DNA of 64,000 nucleotides from an uncultured Bacteroidota bacterium (GCA_902797625.1 CADBTU010000016.1:630-64629), one strand, 5' to 3'; counted from the first letter of the stretch, positions 40,524-50,701 are shown. Program-made: numbers and translations. The notes: generated from the sequence alone by a model not told the origin.

Positions 40524-40525
40524 AA

Positions 40526-42415
40526 TTAATTTTCTTTTTCTGAAAGTTCTATCCAGCGCTCGGTTTTAGTTTCTAAAAGTTCTTCTATTTCATTGTAACG
40601 TTTCCCCCAATGCGCGAACTCTTCGGGAGTTCCTTCGCCCGCGGTCATTTTTTCTTCAATAATTTTTTTTTCAATTTCAAGATTGGCAATATCTATTTCT
40701 AAAGATTCTAATTCACGCTTTTCTTTGTATGTAAGTTTATTAGATGGTTGATGTTTTTGTGTTTTCACGGGTTCGGGTTTTGAAGCTTTCTCTATGCGTT
40801 TTTGTATGCGTGCAATTTTCTCGCGTTCTTGCCTATAGTCTTCATAATTACCCCAACAATCGCTAATTTTACCATCTCCATCAAAGACGAAAAGATGGTC
40901 AACTAATTTATTCATTAGCCATCTATCGTGCGAAACTATCAATAAACAACCTTCAAAATTTGAGAGAAAATCTTCTAATAGATTCAATGTATCGATGTCA
41001 AAATCGTTAGTAGGCTCATCTAAAATTAGAAAATTAGGATTTTTTAACAGAGTTATTAGAAGATGTAATTTTCTTTTTTCACCACCACTTAGGTCGTCAT
41101 AGTAAGTATATTGCAGACTATAAGGAAATCCGAAATGATTAAGAAAATTAGATGCGCTGAGGTAGTTTCCGTTTTCCATACGAATGACCTCAGCGTGCTC
41201 TTTAACTAAATCTAGCACAATTTTATTACCTGAATAAACCATTCCATTTTGAGAAAAGTAACCAAATTTTATAGTTTGTCCAGGAGTTATTTTACCCCCA
41301 TCGGGAGTAATTTCTCCCATAATCATCTTTAAAAATGTGCTTTTTCCTGAGCCATTTTTACCCACGATTCCGCATTTTTCTCCTTTTTTAAAAATGTAAG
41401 AGAAATCTTTTACTATGTCTTGATTAGGATAAGAGAAATCTAAATGGCTTATTTCCAATATTTTATGACCTATTCTTTCAGATTGAACTTTAAAAGCCTC
41501 GGGTGTGGATTCGGTGCGAACATTTATTTGTTCATGCAACTTTTCGAAGTTGTTGATACGAGCCCTCGCCTTAGAAGTTCGTGCTTGAGGCGAGGTATGA
41601 ACCCAAGCAAGCTCTTTGCGATATAGTTGTTTCAACTTTTCTTGTTCTGCTGCAGCATTTGCAAGTCTTTCAGCTTTTTTTTCTAAAAAATAGTCGTATT
41701 TTCCTTTATAATGATACAAATTTCCATTAGAGAGCTCAAAAATATCATTACATACACTATCTAAAAACGACCTATCGTGAGTTACCATCAATAAAGTGAT
41801 ATTTGCAGAAGATAGGTAATTTTCAAGCCATTCGGTCATCTCAATATCAAGATGGTTAGTCGGCTCATCTAAGATCAGAAGATCAGTATCAGCTATAAGA
41901 GTTTTTGCAAGAGCAGCCTTTTTACGCTGACCTCCAGAAAGTTCTCTTACATTTTTTAGCACATCGTGAATTCCAAATTTTGAGAGAATCTCCTTAATTT
42001 TAGTCTCATAATCCCAAGCCTGTAACCTATCAAGATCAGAAATAGCTTTTTCCATACGCTCTTGTGAAACCTCGTCTGCACGACCGTTTTCCAACAAGAA
42101 CATACAAGTTTCGTACTCCTTAATTGCTTTCAAAACTGGCGTTTCTGCATCGAATAGTGCATTTAACACACTATCATCTTCCTGAAAATCATCTCTTTGA
42201 GGAAGATATGAAACAACAATATCATTACGGATTATAACTTGACCTTCGTCTGGAGAGTCTAATCCTGCTATAATATTTAGAAGTGTACTCTTTCCAGTGC
42301 CATTACGAGCTATAAGAGCACTCTTTTGACCTTTTTCAAGACCAAAAGTTATTTTGTGAAAAAGTTCCTTCTCGCCAACAGACTTAGAAACTTTATCAAC
42401 TGTGAGATAGTTCAT
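40526..42415 (-). CDS. ABC-F family ATPase (Uup/EttA-like, with C-terminal coiled coil)
   Basis: 629 aa. Two Walker A sites (GRNGTGKST, GKNGSGKST), two LSGG signatures, no TM domain. Confidence 0.9.
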   Translation of the reverse strand: MNYLTVDKVSKSVGEKELFHKITFGLEKGQKSALIARNGTGKSTLLNIIAGLDSPDEGQVIIRNDIVVSYLPQRDDFQEDDSVLNALFDAETPVLKAIKEYETCMFLLENGRADEVSQERMEKAISDLDRLQAWDYETKIKEILSKFGIHDVLKNVRELSGGQRKKAALAKTLIADTDLLILDEPTNHLDIEMTEWLENYLSSANITLLMVTHDRSFLDSVCNDIFELSNGNLYHYKGKYDYFLEKKAERLANAAAEQEKLKQLYRKELAWVHTSPQARTSKARARINNFEKLHEQINVRTESTPEAFKVQSERIGHKILEISHLDFSYPNQDIVKDFSYIFKKGEKCGIVGKNGSGKSTFLKMIMGEITPDGGKITPGQTIKFGYFSQNGMVYSGNKIVLDLVKEHAEVIRMENGNYLSASNFLNHFGFPYSLQYTYYDDLSGGEKRKLHLLITLLKNPNFLILDEPTNDFDIDTLNLLEDFLSNFEGCLLIVSHDRWLMNKLVDHLFVFDGDGKISDCWGNYEDYRQEREKIARIQKRIEKASKPEPVKTQKHQPSNKLTYKEKRELESLEIDIANLEIEKKIIEEKMTAGEGTPEEFAHWGKRYNEIEELLETKTERWIELSEKEN

Positions 42416-42430
42416 TAAATAGAAATAGTA

Positions 42431-42811
42431 TTAAGCAGTTTTTATAGCAATAGCTTCAATCTCAACCATAACACCCTTGGGAAGGTCGCGAACAGCAAAT
42501 GCGGCACGAGCAGGAGGGTTAACAGTAAACGATTTAGCATATACTTCATTCATAGAAGCAAAATTTGCTATATCACTGAGAAGACAAGTAGTTTTTACTA
42601 CATCATTTAAAGTATAACCTGCTTCATTGAGAATTGCAGTTAAATTTGACATAACTTGTTCAGTTTGAGCTGTAATACCTTCTGGAATAGTACCATCAAC
42701 TGGATTAACTGGAATTTGTCCTGAAATAAAAAGCATTCCATTTATTTCAATTGCTTGACTATATGGTCCTATTGCTGCAGGAGCATTTGTGGTATGTATA
42801 ACTTTTTTCAT
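42431..42811 (-). CDS. ridA: RidA family reactive-intermediate deaminase
   Basis: 126 aa. Has APAAIGPYSQA, SGQIP and ..R.A..V..LP.G..VEIEAIA motifs. Confidence 0.9.
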   Translation of the reverse strand: MKKVIHTTNAPAAIGPYSQAIEINGMLFISGQIPVNPVDGTIPEGITAQTEQVMSNLTAILNEAGYTLNDVVKTTCLLSDIANFASMNEVYAKSFTVNPPARAAFAVRDLPKGVMVEIEAIAIKTA

Positions 42812-42832
42812 AGGAAATTATTTTACAAAGCG

Positions 42833-42840
42833 CAAAGATA
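42833..42840 (-). promoter_or_regulatory. -7 promoter box (TATCTTTG) for ridA/ABC-F/rsmE unit
   Basis: Exact TAnnTTTG on the minus strand, 22 nt upstream of the ATG at 42811. Confidence 0.5.
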
Positions 42841-43053
42841 CAATTTATACAATTTAATCACCAATATTTTTACTTAAAAAAAACGTGGAATTTTTGTTTT
42901 ATTCAGTGAATAATAGGTGTTTTAATAGAAAAAAATAGTTGAAAAATATTAAAAATAACTCCTTGTATGTGCACGCGTGAGAAAATATACAATATAGACT
43001 ATTAAAGAATTTTAAAATAACGCATTTTTATCTGAATATCTCAAAAATATTTA

Positions 43054-43061
43054 TATCTTTG
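43054..43061 (+). promoter_or_regulatory. -7 promoter box (TATCTTTG) for rho
   Basis: Exact TAnnTTTG 116 nt upstream of the rho ATG, implying a leader of about 105-110 nt. Confidence 0.45.
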
Positions 43062-43085
43062 CGCCGCTGTTTGCTACAGTAATTT

Positions 43086-43134
43086 TAACGACAACGATTG
43101 ATATTTGCAATCGTTTCACTCATTCCTGTCGTTA
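43086..43134 (+). promoter_or_regulatory. Nested stem-loop in the rho 5' leader
   Basis: Outer stem TAACGACA/TGTCGTTA (8 bp) encloses inner stem ACGATTG/CAATCGT (7-8 bp, loop ATATTTG). A C-containing unpaired 3' segment (TCACTCATTCC) lies between them. Confidence 0.4.
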
Positions 43135-43176
43135 CATGATAAATCCCTAAAAGTTATATAATAAAGACAAAAAACT

Positions 43177-44976
43177 ATGTCAGAATCTACTGAGATTAAA
43201 CCTAAGAGAAAGAGAGTATCAAGAGGAACAGAAAATTTAGTTGCAACCTCTAATGAACTTAAAATGAAGGAAAAAACCAAAGTTGCTAAAAAGAAGAAAG
43301 AAACACCACTTTTTTCCTCAATTTCTAAAGCATCAAAAAAAGAAAATCAAGAACATAAGAATGTTTCTCAAAGCGAAAAAGAAAATTCACTAACATTAGA
43401 AAATAAGATAGAGATCTCTTCTGTGGATATTAAAAAGGATTCTCTTACTACAGAAAATACAGAAATTGCAGCGGAAAAACCCGAAACAAAACGTCGTGCA
43501 AAAACAAAAAAATCTGATAAAGAGAGTGTTAAAAATGAGCAAAAAGTAGAAGTAAAAGAGAAAGTTAAAGATACAGAATATACAGATACTGCCCAAATTT
43601 CTCTTTTTGAAGAAACTGAAAATCTTGAAAACGAAGCTGAAAATAAGTCAACAAAACATAAAAAAACGAAGAAAGCGGTTTCTCAAAAAAAATCTGATGA
43701 TAATAAATCAGAATTTTCTACGAATGAAGCTGAAAGTAAAAACAATCATCAGCATAGTGAAACACGAAAAGCAGAAAAAGGAGTTTATACTTCTGAGAAT
43801 GATAGTGAAACACAAGAGGTTTCATCACCTATAAATAACTATCTTTCAAATCCTCTGTATGATGGTACTGTTATGGCTGAGGGAGTTTTAGAAATCACTG
43901 GTGAGAATTGCGGGTTTTTGAGGTCCTCAGATTATAATTACTTATCTTCTCCAGATGATATTTATGTTTCAATGTCGCAAATTAAACTCTTTGGGCTTAA
44001 AAATGGAGATACAGTTTATGGAGCTATACGTCCGCCGAAGCCAGGCGAAAAATATTTTCCACTGACGAAAGTAGAGAAAATAAATGGTTGTTTGCCAGAA
44101 GAGATTAGAGATAGAATACCATTCGACTATCTTACTCCGATGTTTCCTGATGAAAAAATAGATATAACATCGCATCCTGATTGTAAATTATCAACAAGAA
44201 TAATAGATCTTTTTGCACCTATAGGAAAGGGGCAACGTGGATTGATAGTTGCTCAACCAAAAACAGGAAAAACAGTATTATTGAAGGATTTAGCAAATGC
44301 TATTGCATACAATCATCCAGAAATATACCTTATAATACTTTTGATAGATGAGCGCCCAGAAGAGGTTACAGATATGCAAAGAAGCGTTAATGCAGAGGTG
44401 ATTTCATCAACTTTTGATGAACCAGCGGAGCGTCATGTAAAAATTGCAAATATGGTATTAGATAAAGCGAAAAGAATGGTTGAATGCGGACACGATGTGT
44501 GTATTCTTCTCGACTCAATAACTCGCTTAGCTCGTGCTTTCAATACTATGGCACCAGCGTCAGGTAAGGTTCTCTCAGGTGGTGTGGAAGCTAACGCACT
44601 ACAAAAACCAAAGCGATTCTTCGGGGCTGCCCGAAATGTTGAAAATGGCGGCTCACTTACTATTATCTCTACGGCCCTCATAGATACTGGTTCTCGTATG
44701 GATGAAGTGATCTTCGAAGAGTTCAAAGGCACAGGTAATATGGAACTTCAATTAGATCGAAAATTGTCTAATAAGCGTATTTATCCTGCTGTGGATATTG
44801 TTGCATCAAGTACTCGCCGTGATGATCTTCTTCAAGATGCAGTTACCCTTCAGAAAATATGGATCCTTAGAAATCATATTGCTGATATGACTACAGTGGA
44901 GGCAATGAATCTCGTAATCGGAAATATGCAAGATACTAAAACCAACGAGGAATTTCTTAGCTTGATGAATAGCTAA
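43177..44976 (+). CDS. rho: Transcription termination factor Rho with ~225-aa low-complexity N-terminal extension
   Basis: The C-terminal ~370 aa align by eye with canonical Rho ([72 protein letters not shown]). The N-terminus is K/E/S/T/N-rich. Confidence 0.95.
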   Translation: MSESTEIKPKRKRVSRGTENLVATSNELKMKEKTKVAKKKKETPLFSSISKASKKENQEHKNVSQSEKENSLTLENKIEISSVDIKKDSLTTENTEIAAEKPETKRRAKTKKSDKESVKNEQKVEVKEKVKDTEYTDTAQISLFEETENLENEAENKSTKHKKTKKAVSQKKSDDNKSEFSTNEAESKNNHQHSETRKAEKGVYTSENDSETQEVSSPINNYLSNPLYDGTVMAEGVLEITGENCGFLRSSDYNYLSSPDDIYVSMSQIKLFGLKNGDTVYGAIRPPKPGEKYFPLTKVEKINGCLPEEIRDRIPFDYLTPMFPDEKIDITSHPDCKLSTRIIDLFAPIGKGQRGLIVAQPKTGKTVLLKDLANAIAYNHPEIYLIILLIDERPEEVTDMQRSVNAEVISSTFDEPAERHVKIANMVLDKAKRMVECGHDVCILLDSITRLARAFNTMAPASGKVLSGGVEANALQKPKRFFGAARNVENGGSLTIISTALIDTGSRMDEVIFEEFKGTGNMELQLDRKLSNKRIYPAVDIVASSTRRDDLLQDAVTLQKIWILRNHIADMTTVEAMNLVIGNMQDTKTNEEFLSLMNS

Positions 44977-44978
44977 TT

Positions 44979-46229
44979 ATGAAAATCGTGAGGATTTTAA
45001 CACTATTATTGACTCTTTTCTCGGCTTCTATTACTCTAAAAGCTGACACAGTTCCGTATAAATTTTCAGATGAAGAGATCGAAAGATTTCGTTTCGAATC
45101 TTTGAAAGACCGCTACGATATTGAAGGTTTGGAATACTACGCTAATGAAATGTCGAAAAAATTGAACGGCGCAATCCTTATCGCAGTTAAAGATACTATT
45201 CTTGTGGAACATTCTTACGGCGAAAGGCGATTAAAATCCGAGCCACCAATTTGGAATCCAGCAGATTATAACAAAATTTGCGATACTACTCTTTTCGACT
45301 TAGCTTCTGTATCTAAGCAATTTACTGCAGTAGCAGTACTGAAACTCTGTATGCAAGGTAAAGTTGATCTTTACGATACTATTACAAAATATTTTCCAAA
45401 CCTACCATATAGAGATGTAACAGTAAAAAATCTTCTGACACATACTTCAGGTTTACCCGAATATTTTAATTTTAAATACAATCTCTTTGGTTCTTCAGCA
45501 TTTATTGATAATAAACTGTTAATTAGAGTTTTAGAAAAACAGAAACCCAAAAGAAATTTTCCAGTTGGGACTCGCTTCGAATATGTAAATACTAATTATG
45601 CTATTCTTGCGGAGTTAGTGAAAAAAGTATCAGGAAATTCTTTTGAACAATATGTTAGAGAAAATATTTTCGAACCTGCTGGAATGAAAAATTCTTTCTT
45701 TTTTACAGAAATTGTAGGATTGGACAAGGATACAAAATTTCCGCCTGTTTCTCCTGAGAGCGAAACCACAGAAATAAAACCTCTTCCTAAATTCATAGAT
45801 AAAGTTGCATACGGTCATAAAAAAGGACGAAAATTTGCAAAATATGATAGAATGAATGGAGTTCTTGGCGACAAAGGTGTTTATTCTAATATTGAAGATT
45901 TGTTGCGGTGGGCTAATGCGTTTTTTATCGATTATAAAATTCTACCTAAAGAGTGGGTTGAACTTGCTTCCACACGTAAAAATCAACTTTTAGATGGAAC
46001 TTCACCTCAGAGTATTTATGGTTATGGTCTTCGTATAGAAGAGAGTAAAGAGCACGGAAAATTAGTTTATCACGGTGGTTTGTGGAATGGTTTTCAGCAT
46101 CTTTTTTTATATCGGCCTTCCGACAATGTTATTATTATCTATTTAAGCAATTATTATAACAAAGCTCATTCAGGATATAGTGATAAAGTGCTAAATATTT
46201 TTGACGGAATTTTAGAAACAGAAGAATAA
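44979..46229 (+). CDS. Serine hydrolase, beta-lactamase/transpeptidase-like (class C/PBP4* type)
   Basis: Signal peptide, SVSK (S-x-x-K) motif, YVNTNY (Y-x-N). Start is 2 nt after the rho stop. Confidence 0.8.
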   Translation: MKIVRILTLLLTLFSASITLKADTVPYKFSDEEIERFRFESLKDRYDIEGLEYYANEMSKKLNGAILIAVKDTILVEHSYGERRLKSEPPIWNPADYNKICDTTLFDLASVSKQFTAVAVLKLCMQGKVDLYDTITKYFPNLPYRDVTVKNLLTHTSGLPEYFNFKYNLFGSSAFIDNKLLIRVLEKQKPKRNFPVGTRFEYVNTNYAILAELVKKVSGNSFEQYVRENIFEPAGMKNSFFFTEIVGLDKDTKFPPVSPESETTEIKPLPKFIDKVAYGHKKGRKFAKYDRMNGVLGDKGVYSNIEDLLRWANAFFIDYKILPKEWVELASTRKNQLLDGTSPQSIYGYGLRIEESKEHGKLVYHGGLWNGFQHLFLYRPSDNVIIIYLSNYYNKAHSGYSDKVLNIFDGILETEE

Positions 46230-46231
46230 AT

Positions 46232-47071
46232 ATGGATCTTTTCAAAGCCAATTATCATACACATAGTCTGTATTGCGACGGAAAATGTAAACTTTCAGAG
46301 CATATAAAAGAGGCCGAAAAATTAAATTATAAACAATTGGGATTTTCCTCCCATGCACCTGTTCCTTTCGAGAATAAATTTGCAATATCTATGGATAATC
46401 TTTCTAAATATTGTGAAGAGATTGATGATTTGCAGGCAACAACTAATGTAAAACTTCTCAAAGCTTTAGAATGTGATTTTGTTCCAAATCTTACTTTTGA
46501 TTTTTTTCATTTACAGCAAGAAAATAATTTAGATTATATTATAGGAGGCATTCATTTGGTAAAGCCTACAAATGGTGATGAACTATGGTTTATTGATGGT
46601 TCTAAACGTGAGATTTACGATGAAGGTTTGGAAAAACTTTTTAACAATGACATACGAAAAGCTGTAACTACTTTTTGGGAGCAAACGTTTGAAATGTTAG
46701 AAACCCAAAAAATGGACATTATTGCTCATGTTGACAAAATAAAGATGCATAATGCTGATAGATTTTTTACTGAGGACGAAAGTTGGTATAAAACTTTAGC
46801 TAACAAAGCTTTACAGCTTATAAAAAAATACGATATAGTGATGGAAATAAACACTCGAGGTCTTTACAAAAAACGTTGTAACTCTTTTTATCCTTCAATA
46901 GAAATATTGAGGAATGCGCGAAAAATGGATATTCCTGTTGTGGTAAGCAGTGATGCTCATGATGCTCCAGAACTCTCGCTTTTCATCCAGGAAGCAACTT
47001 TCGCATTAGCACAATGTGGATACGACCACACCGCCCGCTATGACATAGAGCGCAAGTGTTTTATCTTCTGA
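46232..47071 (+). CDS. HisJ-family PHP-domain phosphatase (histidinol-phosphatase-like)
   Basis: Has YHTHS..CDG, SSHAP, GG.H, HVD and SSDAH metal-ligand motifs. Confidence 0.8.
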   Translation: MDLFKANYHTHSLYCDGKCKLSEHIKEAEKLNYKQLGFSSHAPVPFENKFAISMDNLSKYCEEIDDLQATTNVKLLKALECDFVPNLTFDFFHLQQENNLDYIIGGIHLVKPTNGDELWFIDGSKREIYDEGLEKLFNNDIRKAVTTFWEQTFEMLETQKMDIIAHVDKIKMHNADRFFTEDESWYKTLANKALQLIKKYDIVMEINTRGLYKKRCNSFYPSIEILRNARKMDIPVVVSSDAHDAPELSLFIQEATFALAQCGYDHTARYDIERKCFIF

Positions 47072-47126
47072 TGATTATAATTGGTATATGAGCAATCTTT
47101 TTAGAAAGATATTATAACAGGAAATA

Positions 47127-48272
47127 TCATCTAAAAAATTGTCTTACTCTTGAGAACACACTTTTTTCGTTTTTTTCAGGTTTTGGTATGAAATTTTCGT
47201 GAGTGCTCAATTTTTCAAGTATTTCTTTTTCTTCTTTGGTAAGGTTTTTTGGTGTCCAAACGTTAATGTTAACAATCAAGTCGCCAATAATGCGGGAGTT
47301 AAGTTGTGGCAACCCTTTACCTTGCAAGCGTAAAATTTGTCCACTTTGAGTTCCAGCAGCAATTTTAAATTTAGCTTTACCAGTTAGGGTCGGGATTTCT
47401 ACAGATGAGCCAAGGGCGGCTTGAGGGATACTAACGTAATAGTTAAGATAGAGATTGTTGCCATCGCGCTCGAATATTTCGTGTTCTTTAACTTTAAAAT
47501 GAACCAACAAGTTGCCATTAATGCCGCCTTTGCGAGTGGCATCGCCTTTGCCGCTGATGGTCATTTGCATTCCGTTATCAACTCCCGCAGGAATGTTGAT
47601 ATTTATAATTTCTTCGCCTTCAACAACACCTTCACCATGACAGTGAGAACATGGTTCTTTGATGATTTCGCCAGTTCCGTGACATTTTTGGCAGGTTGCA
47701 GTTTGTTGAATATATCCAAAAACGCTGCGTTGTTGGCGCACAACGTGCCCACTACCATTGCAATCGGGGCAAGTAGTTACGCTTTGAGGATTATTAGTGC
47801 CTTCGCCGTTGCAATGAGGGCAAGTTACCATTTTACGCACTTTATATTTTTTTTCGGTTGTAGCGGCAACTTCTTCTAAAGTTAGTTCAACGGGAATACG
47901 TCTATCGCCACCGCGTGGAACCCGACGTTGTTGTGTGCCACCAAATCCACTAAATCCGCTAAAACCACCGAATCCACCGCCAAAAATATCTGCAAAATGA
48001 CTGATGATGTCGCCGAGGTCAACCCCTGAAAAGTCTGAAGCTTGGTTGCCCATACCAGCGTGACCAAAACGATCGTAACGCTCTTTTTTCTCAGGATTGC
48101 TCAATACATCGTATGCCTCTGCAGCCTCTTTGAATTTTTCCTCCGCTTCTTTGTCGCCAGGATTTCTGTCAGGATGGTATTTCATAGCCAACTTCCTATA
48201 AGCTTTCTTAATTTCATCGGCTGAAGCTGATTTTCCTACTCCTAAAACCTCATAGTAATCTCGTTTTTCCAT
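47127..48272 (-). CDS. dnaJ: Molecular chaperone DnaJ
   Basis: J domain (YYEVLGV, HPD), G/F region, four CxxCxGxG zinc motifs. Confidence 0.95.
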   Translation of the reverse strand: MEKRDYYEVLGVGKSASADEIKKAYRKLAMKYHPDRNPGDKEAEEKFKEAAEAYDVLSNPEKKERYDRFGHAGMGNQASDFSGVDLGDIISHFADIFGGGFGGFSGFSGFGGTQQRRVPRGGDRRIPVELTLEEVAATTEKKYKVRKMVTCPHCNGEGTNNPQSVTTCPDCNGSGHVVRQQRSVFGYIQQTATCQKCHGTGEIIKEPCSHCHGEGVVEGEEIININIPAGVDNGMQMTISGKGDATRKGGINGNLLVHFKVKEHEIFERDGNNLYLNYYVSIPQAALGSSVEIPTLTGKAKFKIAAGTQSGQILRLQGKGLPQLNSRIIGDLIVNINVWTPKNLTKEEKEILEKLSTHENFIPKPEKNEKSVFSRVRQFFR

Positions 48273-48288
48273 AAATAATTCTCCTAAT

Positions 48289-48915
48289 TTATTGTCCTAC
48301 AACGACTTTAGCGTACCTTATTACTTTATCTTTTAACTTGTAACCCTTTTGTGTTACTTCTATAACTTTTCCTTTCTCTTCTTCGTTCTGAGTGGGAAAA
48401 TGTGTAACCGCTTCGTGAAAATCGGTATTAAAATCCTCCCCTTTAGCTTCTATTTCTTCTACATCAAACCGTTTGAGGGTTTGTGCTAATTTATTATGAA
48501 TCAATTCAAAACCTTCTTTTACAGAATTTATATCATTAACTTTTTCATTAGCTGAAATCGCCCTTTCAAAATCATCAATAATGGGCAAAATATTTACAAT
48601 AACATTTTCTGATGCAGTAGAAATCAAATCTAATTTTTCTTTACTTACCCTCTTTTTGTAATTATCAAACTCTGAAAATAGACGAAGAAATCGGTCGTTC
48701 AACTCAGCTTTTTCAGTTTTTAAATTTTCAATTTCCGCTTCTAACTCTTTAATTTTTGAATTGTCCTTGTTTTTTTTTCTTGAAAAAAGTCCATTTTTTT
48801 TGTCAGTATTATTGATTTCTTCGGTCAAATTGTCAGTATTTTGTTTTAAATTTTCTTGTTCATCAATGTTTTGAACCTTTTCATCATAGTTCAATTCTTT
48901 ATCTTCCTGTTTCAT
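48289..48915 (-). CDS. grpE: Nucleotide exchange factor GrpE
   Basis: 208 aa. Coiled-coil N-terminus, R..AEFDN.KKR-like ([12 protein letters not shown]), C-terminal beta domain ..R.A.V.V. Confidence 0.9.
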   Translation of the reverse strand: MKQEDKELNYDEKVQNIDEQENLKQNTDNLTEEINNTDKKNGLFSRKKNKDNSKIKELEAEIENLKTEKAELNDRFLRLFSEFDNYKKRVSKEKLDLISTASENVIVNILPIIDDFERAISANEKVNDINSVKEGFELIHNKLAQTLKRFDVEEIEAKGEDFNTDFHEAVTHFPTQNEEEKGKVIEVTQKGYKLKDKVIRYAKVVVGQ

Positions 48916-49173
48916 ATCTATTTGAATTTCAATATATTATCGAGATGTGTAACATGTTATCTCACTGTTAAAAAACAACGAGTATTTACTTCATTGCAAA
49001 AAATTTGCCAAATTTTATCTTAAGAGAAAAATTCTTTTTTAATATGGCGAAAGACAATATTAATATTATGGTTTCTGAAGAAAACAATATGAGTATAAAA
49101 ATATATTCAACTTATTGGTTCTACAATTTGTGAATATTGACCGAAAAGTTCGTCTTTTTTAGCGAAAAAAGTG

Positions 49174-49181
49174 TATTTTTG
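49174..49181 (+). promoter_or_regulatory. -7 promoter box (TATTTTTG) for tRNA-Arg
   Basis: Exact TAnnTTTG ending 10 nt before the tRNA 5' end. Confidence 0.55.
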
Positions 49182-49190
49182 CGGCGCGTT

Positions 49191-49262
49191 GGCCTTGTAG
49201 TTCAATGGATAGAACGGAAGTTTCCTAAACTTTTGATTCGGGTTCGATTCCCGGCGAGGCTA
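49191..49262 (+). tRNA. tRNA-Arg (anticodon CCT)
   Basis: Manual cloverleaf: acceptor GGCCTTG/CGAGGCT (G1.U72 wobble), D stem GTTC/GAAC, anticodon stem GAAGT/ACTTT with loop TTCCTAA, T arm TCGGG-TTCGATT-CCCGG. 72 nt, CCA not encoded. Confidence 0.8.
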
Positions 49263-49334
49263 CTCTCATTCGTGATACATTACCATAACTTTGCTTGTTG
49301 AACCTATACTCTACAGATTTTTTTTATTTTTTTT

Positions 49335-49360
49335 CAAGATAAAAAAACAAGATAAAAAAA
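49335..49360 (+). repeat. Exact tandem 13-mer x2 (CAAGATAAAAAAA) abutting the promoter of the T9SS cargo gene
   Basis: Direct reading. The two copies are contiguous and end 6 nt before the -7 box at 49367. Confidence 0.8.
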
Positions 49361-49366
49361 AAATAT

Positions 49367-49374
49367 TATCTTTG
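49367..49374 (+). promoter_or_regulatory. -7 promoter box (TATCTTTG) for T9SS cargo gene
   Basis: Exact TAnnTTTG 44 nt upstream of the ATG at 49418. Confidence 0.5.
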
Positions 49375-49417
49375 CGGGCTTAAAAGAAATTATTCTAAAA
49401 ACTAAAAAAAATAAAAA

Positions 49418-50677
49418 ATGAAAAAAGTTTACATGTTATTAGTTGCTGTAATGATTTTTGCTACAGCAGTTGCGCAAGAGACATTAAAAACAGTTAATGT
49501 TGAAAAAGGTCGTCAGGTTCCTTACACAGTGGTTAGGGAAAATCCTCTTCATGGAAAGATGCGTTCAACTATGTCTGATGAGCTTTGGATGTTCTATCCT
49601 CATTTCGATGCTTTATATCAAGGTGCGCAAGAACTCCATTCAGGTGGATTAACATATCTTAAGAGTAATACAAAAGGTCTTCAGACCTACTCTGATGGAT
49701 ACGGTCATTCTTGGGTACATTCAGTAAGTCAAACATTTGATCTTACAAGTTCTTTTTTTGATGACGTTATTGGTGACGGAAGAATGTCTTTCAAATATAC
49801 GGAAAATCTTACTATAGACAGTATTGAGATTACAGGTGTTTATATTCGTGATGAAGATTACGAAGGTGTTGATACTCTTCTTATAGGCATTATGACTTTT
49901 GAAAATAATGCACCAGTATACACTTTGCTAAACGAAGATGGTTCTACATTAGCAAATAGCTGCTTTTTAGGAGTATTTCCAGATACACTTACAGGCTTAC
50001 AAGAAGGTGTTCAAAATGTGTTTAAAATACCTTTGACAGCAGACGATATATCTCAACCTGGTGACCAACCTAACTCCGTTAGAATTGTTTCTTTCGCTGT
50101 TCCTGTAAATGTTACTACAAGCAAAAAATTATGGAATGTAGCTTACACATTCAAATCAGGTCAAGGAGAAGCTTATGATGATACTCTCAAATCTCGTTTC
50201 AATGCCTATTTTGTAGTAAGTGCAGATCCTAACTATTTCTTTGGTTATGACAATCCACTCCGTTGCAGTAATATTAGTCATGGACAATTATGTTTGTCTA
50301 AATCAAATGGAGAATACATCAGTTTCTACTATCCTGGATTTGCTCTTGGTTCAAATGTTGAAGATTCTGATATGCATTTCTCTGAAAACATTTATGTAAA
50401 AGTTTCTTGCTCAGAGTGTGAAATCGTTAACGTTCCTGAAATCGAAAAAACAAATCCTACAATCTATCCTAACCCTGCAACTGAAAAATTCACAGTTAAC
50501 TTAGGTAACGATGAAACTGCAAGCCTTCAACTTTTCAATATTGTTGGCCAACAAGTATATAGCGGTGTTGTAACTGGTTCAGCTGAAATCAACACTTCTC
50601 GCCTCAATAGCGGTGTTTATATGCTCAAGATTAACCAAAATGGTAAAGTTTATACTTCTAAAGTTGTTGTAAAATAA
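49418..50677 (+). CDS. Secreted protein of unknown function with T9SS type-A C-terminal sorting domain
   Basis: Signal peptide (MLLVAVMIFATAVAQ). The last ~75 aa (IYPNPATEKFTV..LQLFNIVGQQVY..SGVYMLKI..KVVVK) match the por-secretion-tail pattern. The N-terminal ~330 aa are unrecognised. Confidence 0.8.
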   Translation: MKKVYMLLVAVMIFATAVAQETLKTVNVEKGRQVPYTVVRENPLHGKMRSTMSDELWMFYPHFDALYQGAQELHSGGLTYLKSNTKGLQTYSDGYGHSWVHSVSQTFDLTSSFFDDVIGDGRMSFKYTENLTIDSIEITGVYIRDEDYEGVDTLLIGIMTFENNAPVYTLLNEDGSTLANSCFLGVFPDTLTGLQEGVQNVFKIPLTADDISQPGDQPNSVRIVSFAVPVNVTTSKKLWNVAYTFKSGQGEAYDDTLKSRFNAYFVVSADPNYFFGYDNPLRCSNISHGQLCLSKSNGEYISFYYPGFALGSNVEDSDMHFSENIYVKVSCSECEIVNVPEIEKTNPTIYPNPATEKFTVNLGNDETASLQLFNIVGQQVYSGVVTGSAEINTSRLNSGVYMLKINQNGKVYTSKVVVK

Positions 50678-50701
50678 TTTTAAGTATTTCATAACTCAAA
50701 A

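Noticed and set aside
47421-47879. 152-aa plus-strand ORF
   Set aside because: Antisense to dnaJ. A shadow frame of the Gly/Cys-rich region.
49044-49133. 29-aa plus-strand ORF (MAKDNINIMVSEENNMSIKIYSTYWFYNL) between grpE and tRNA-Arg
   Set aside because: No promoter box, no conservation evidence available, and its length is within chance expectation for AT-rich DNA.
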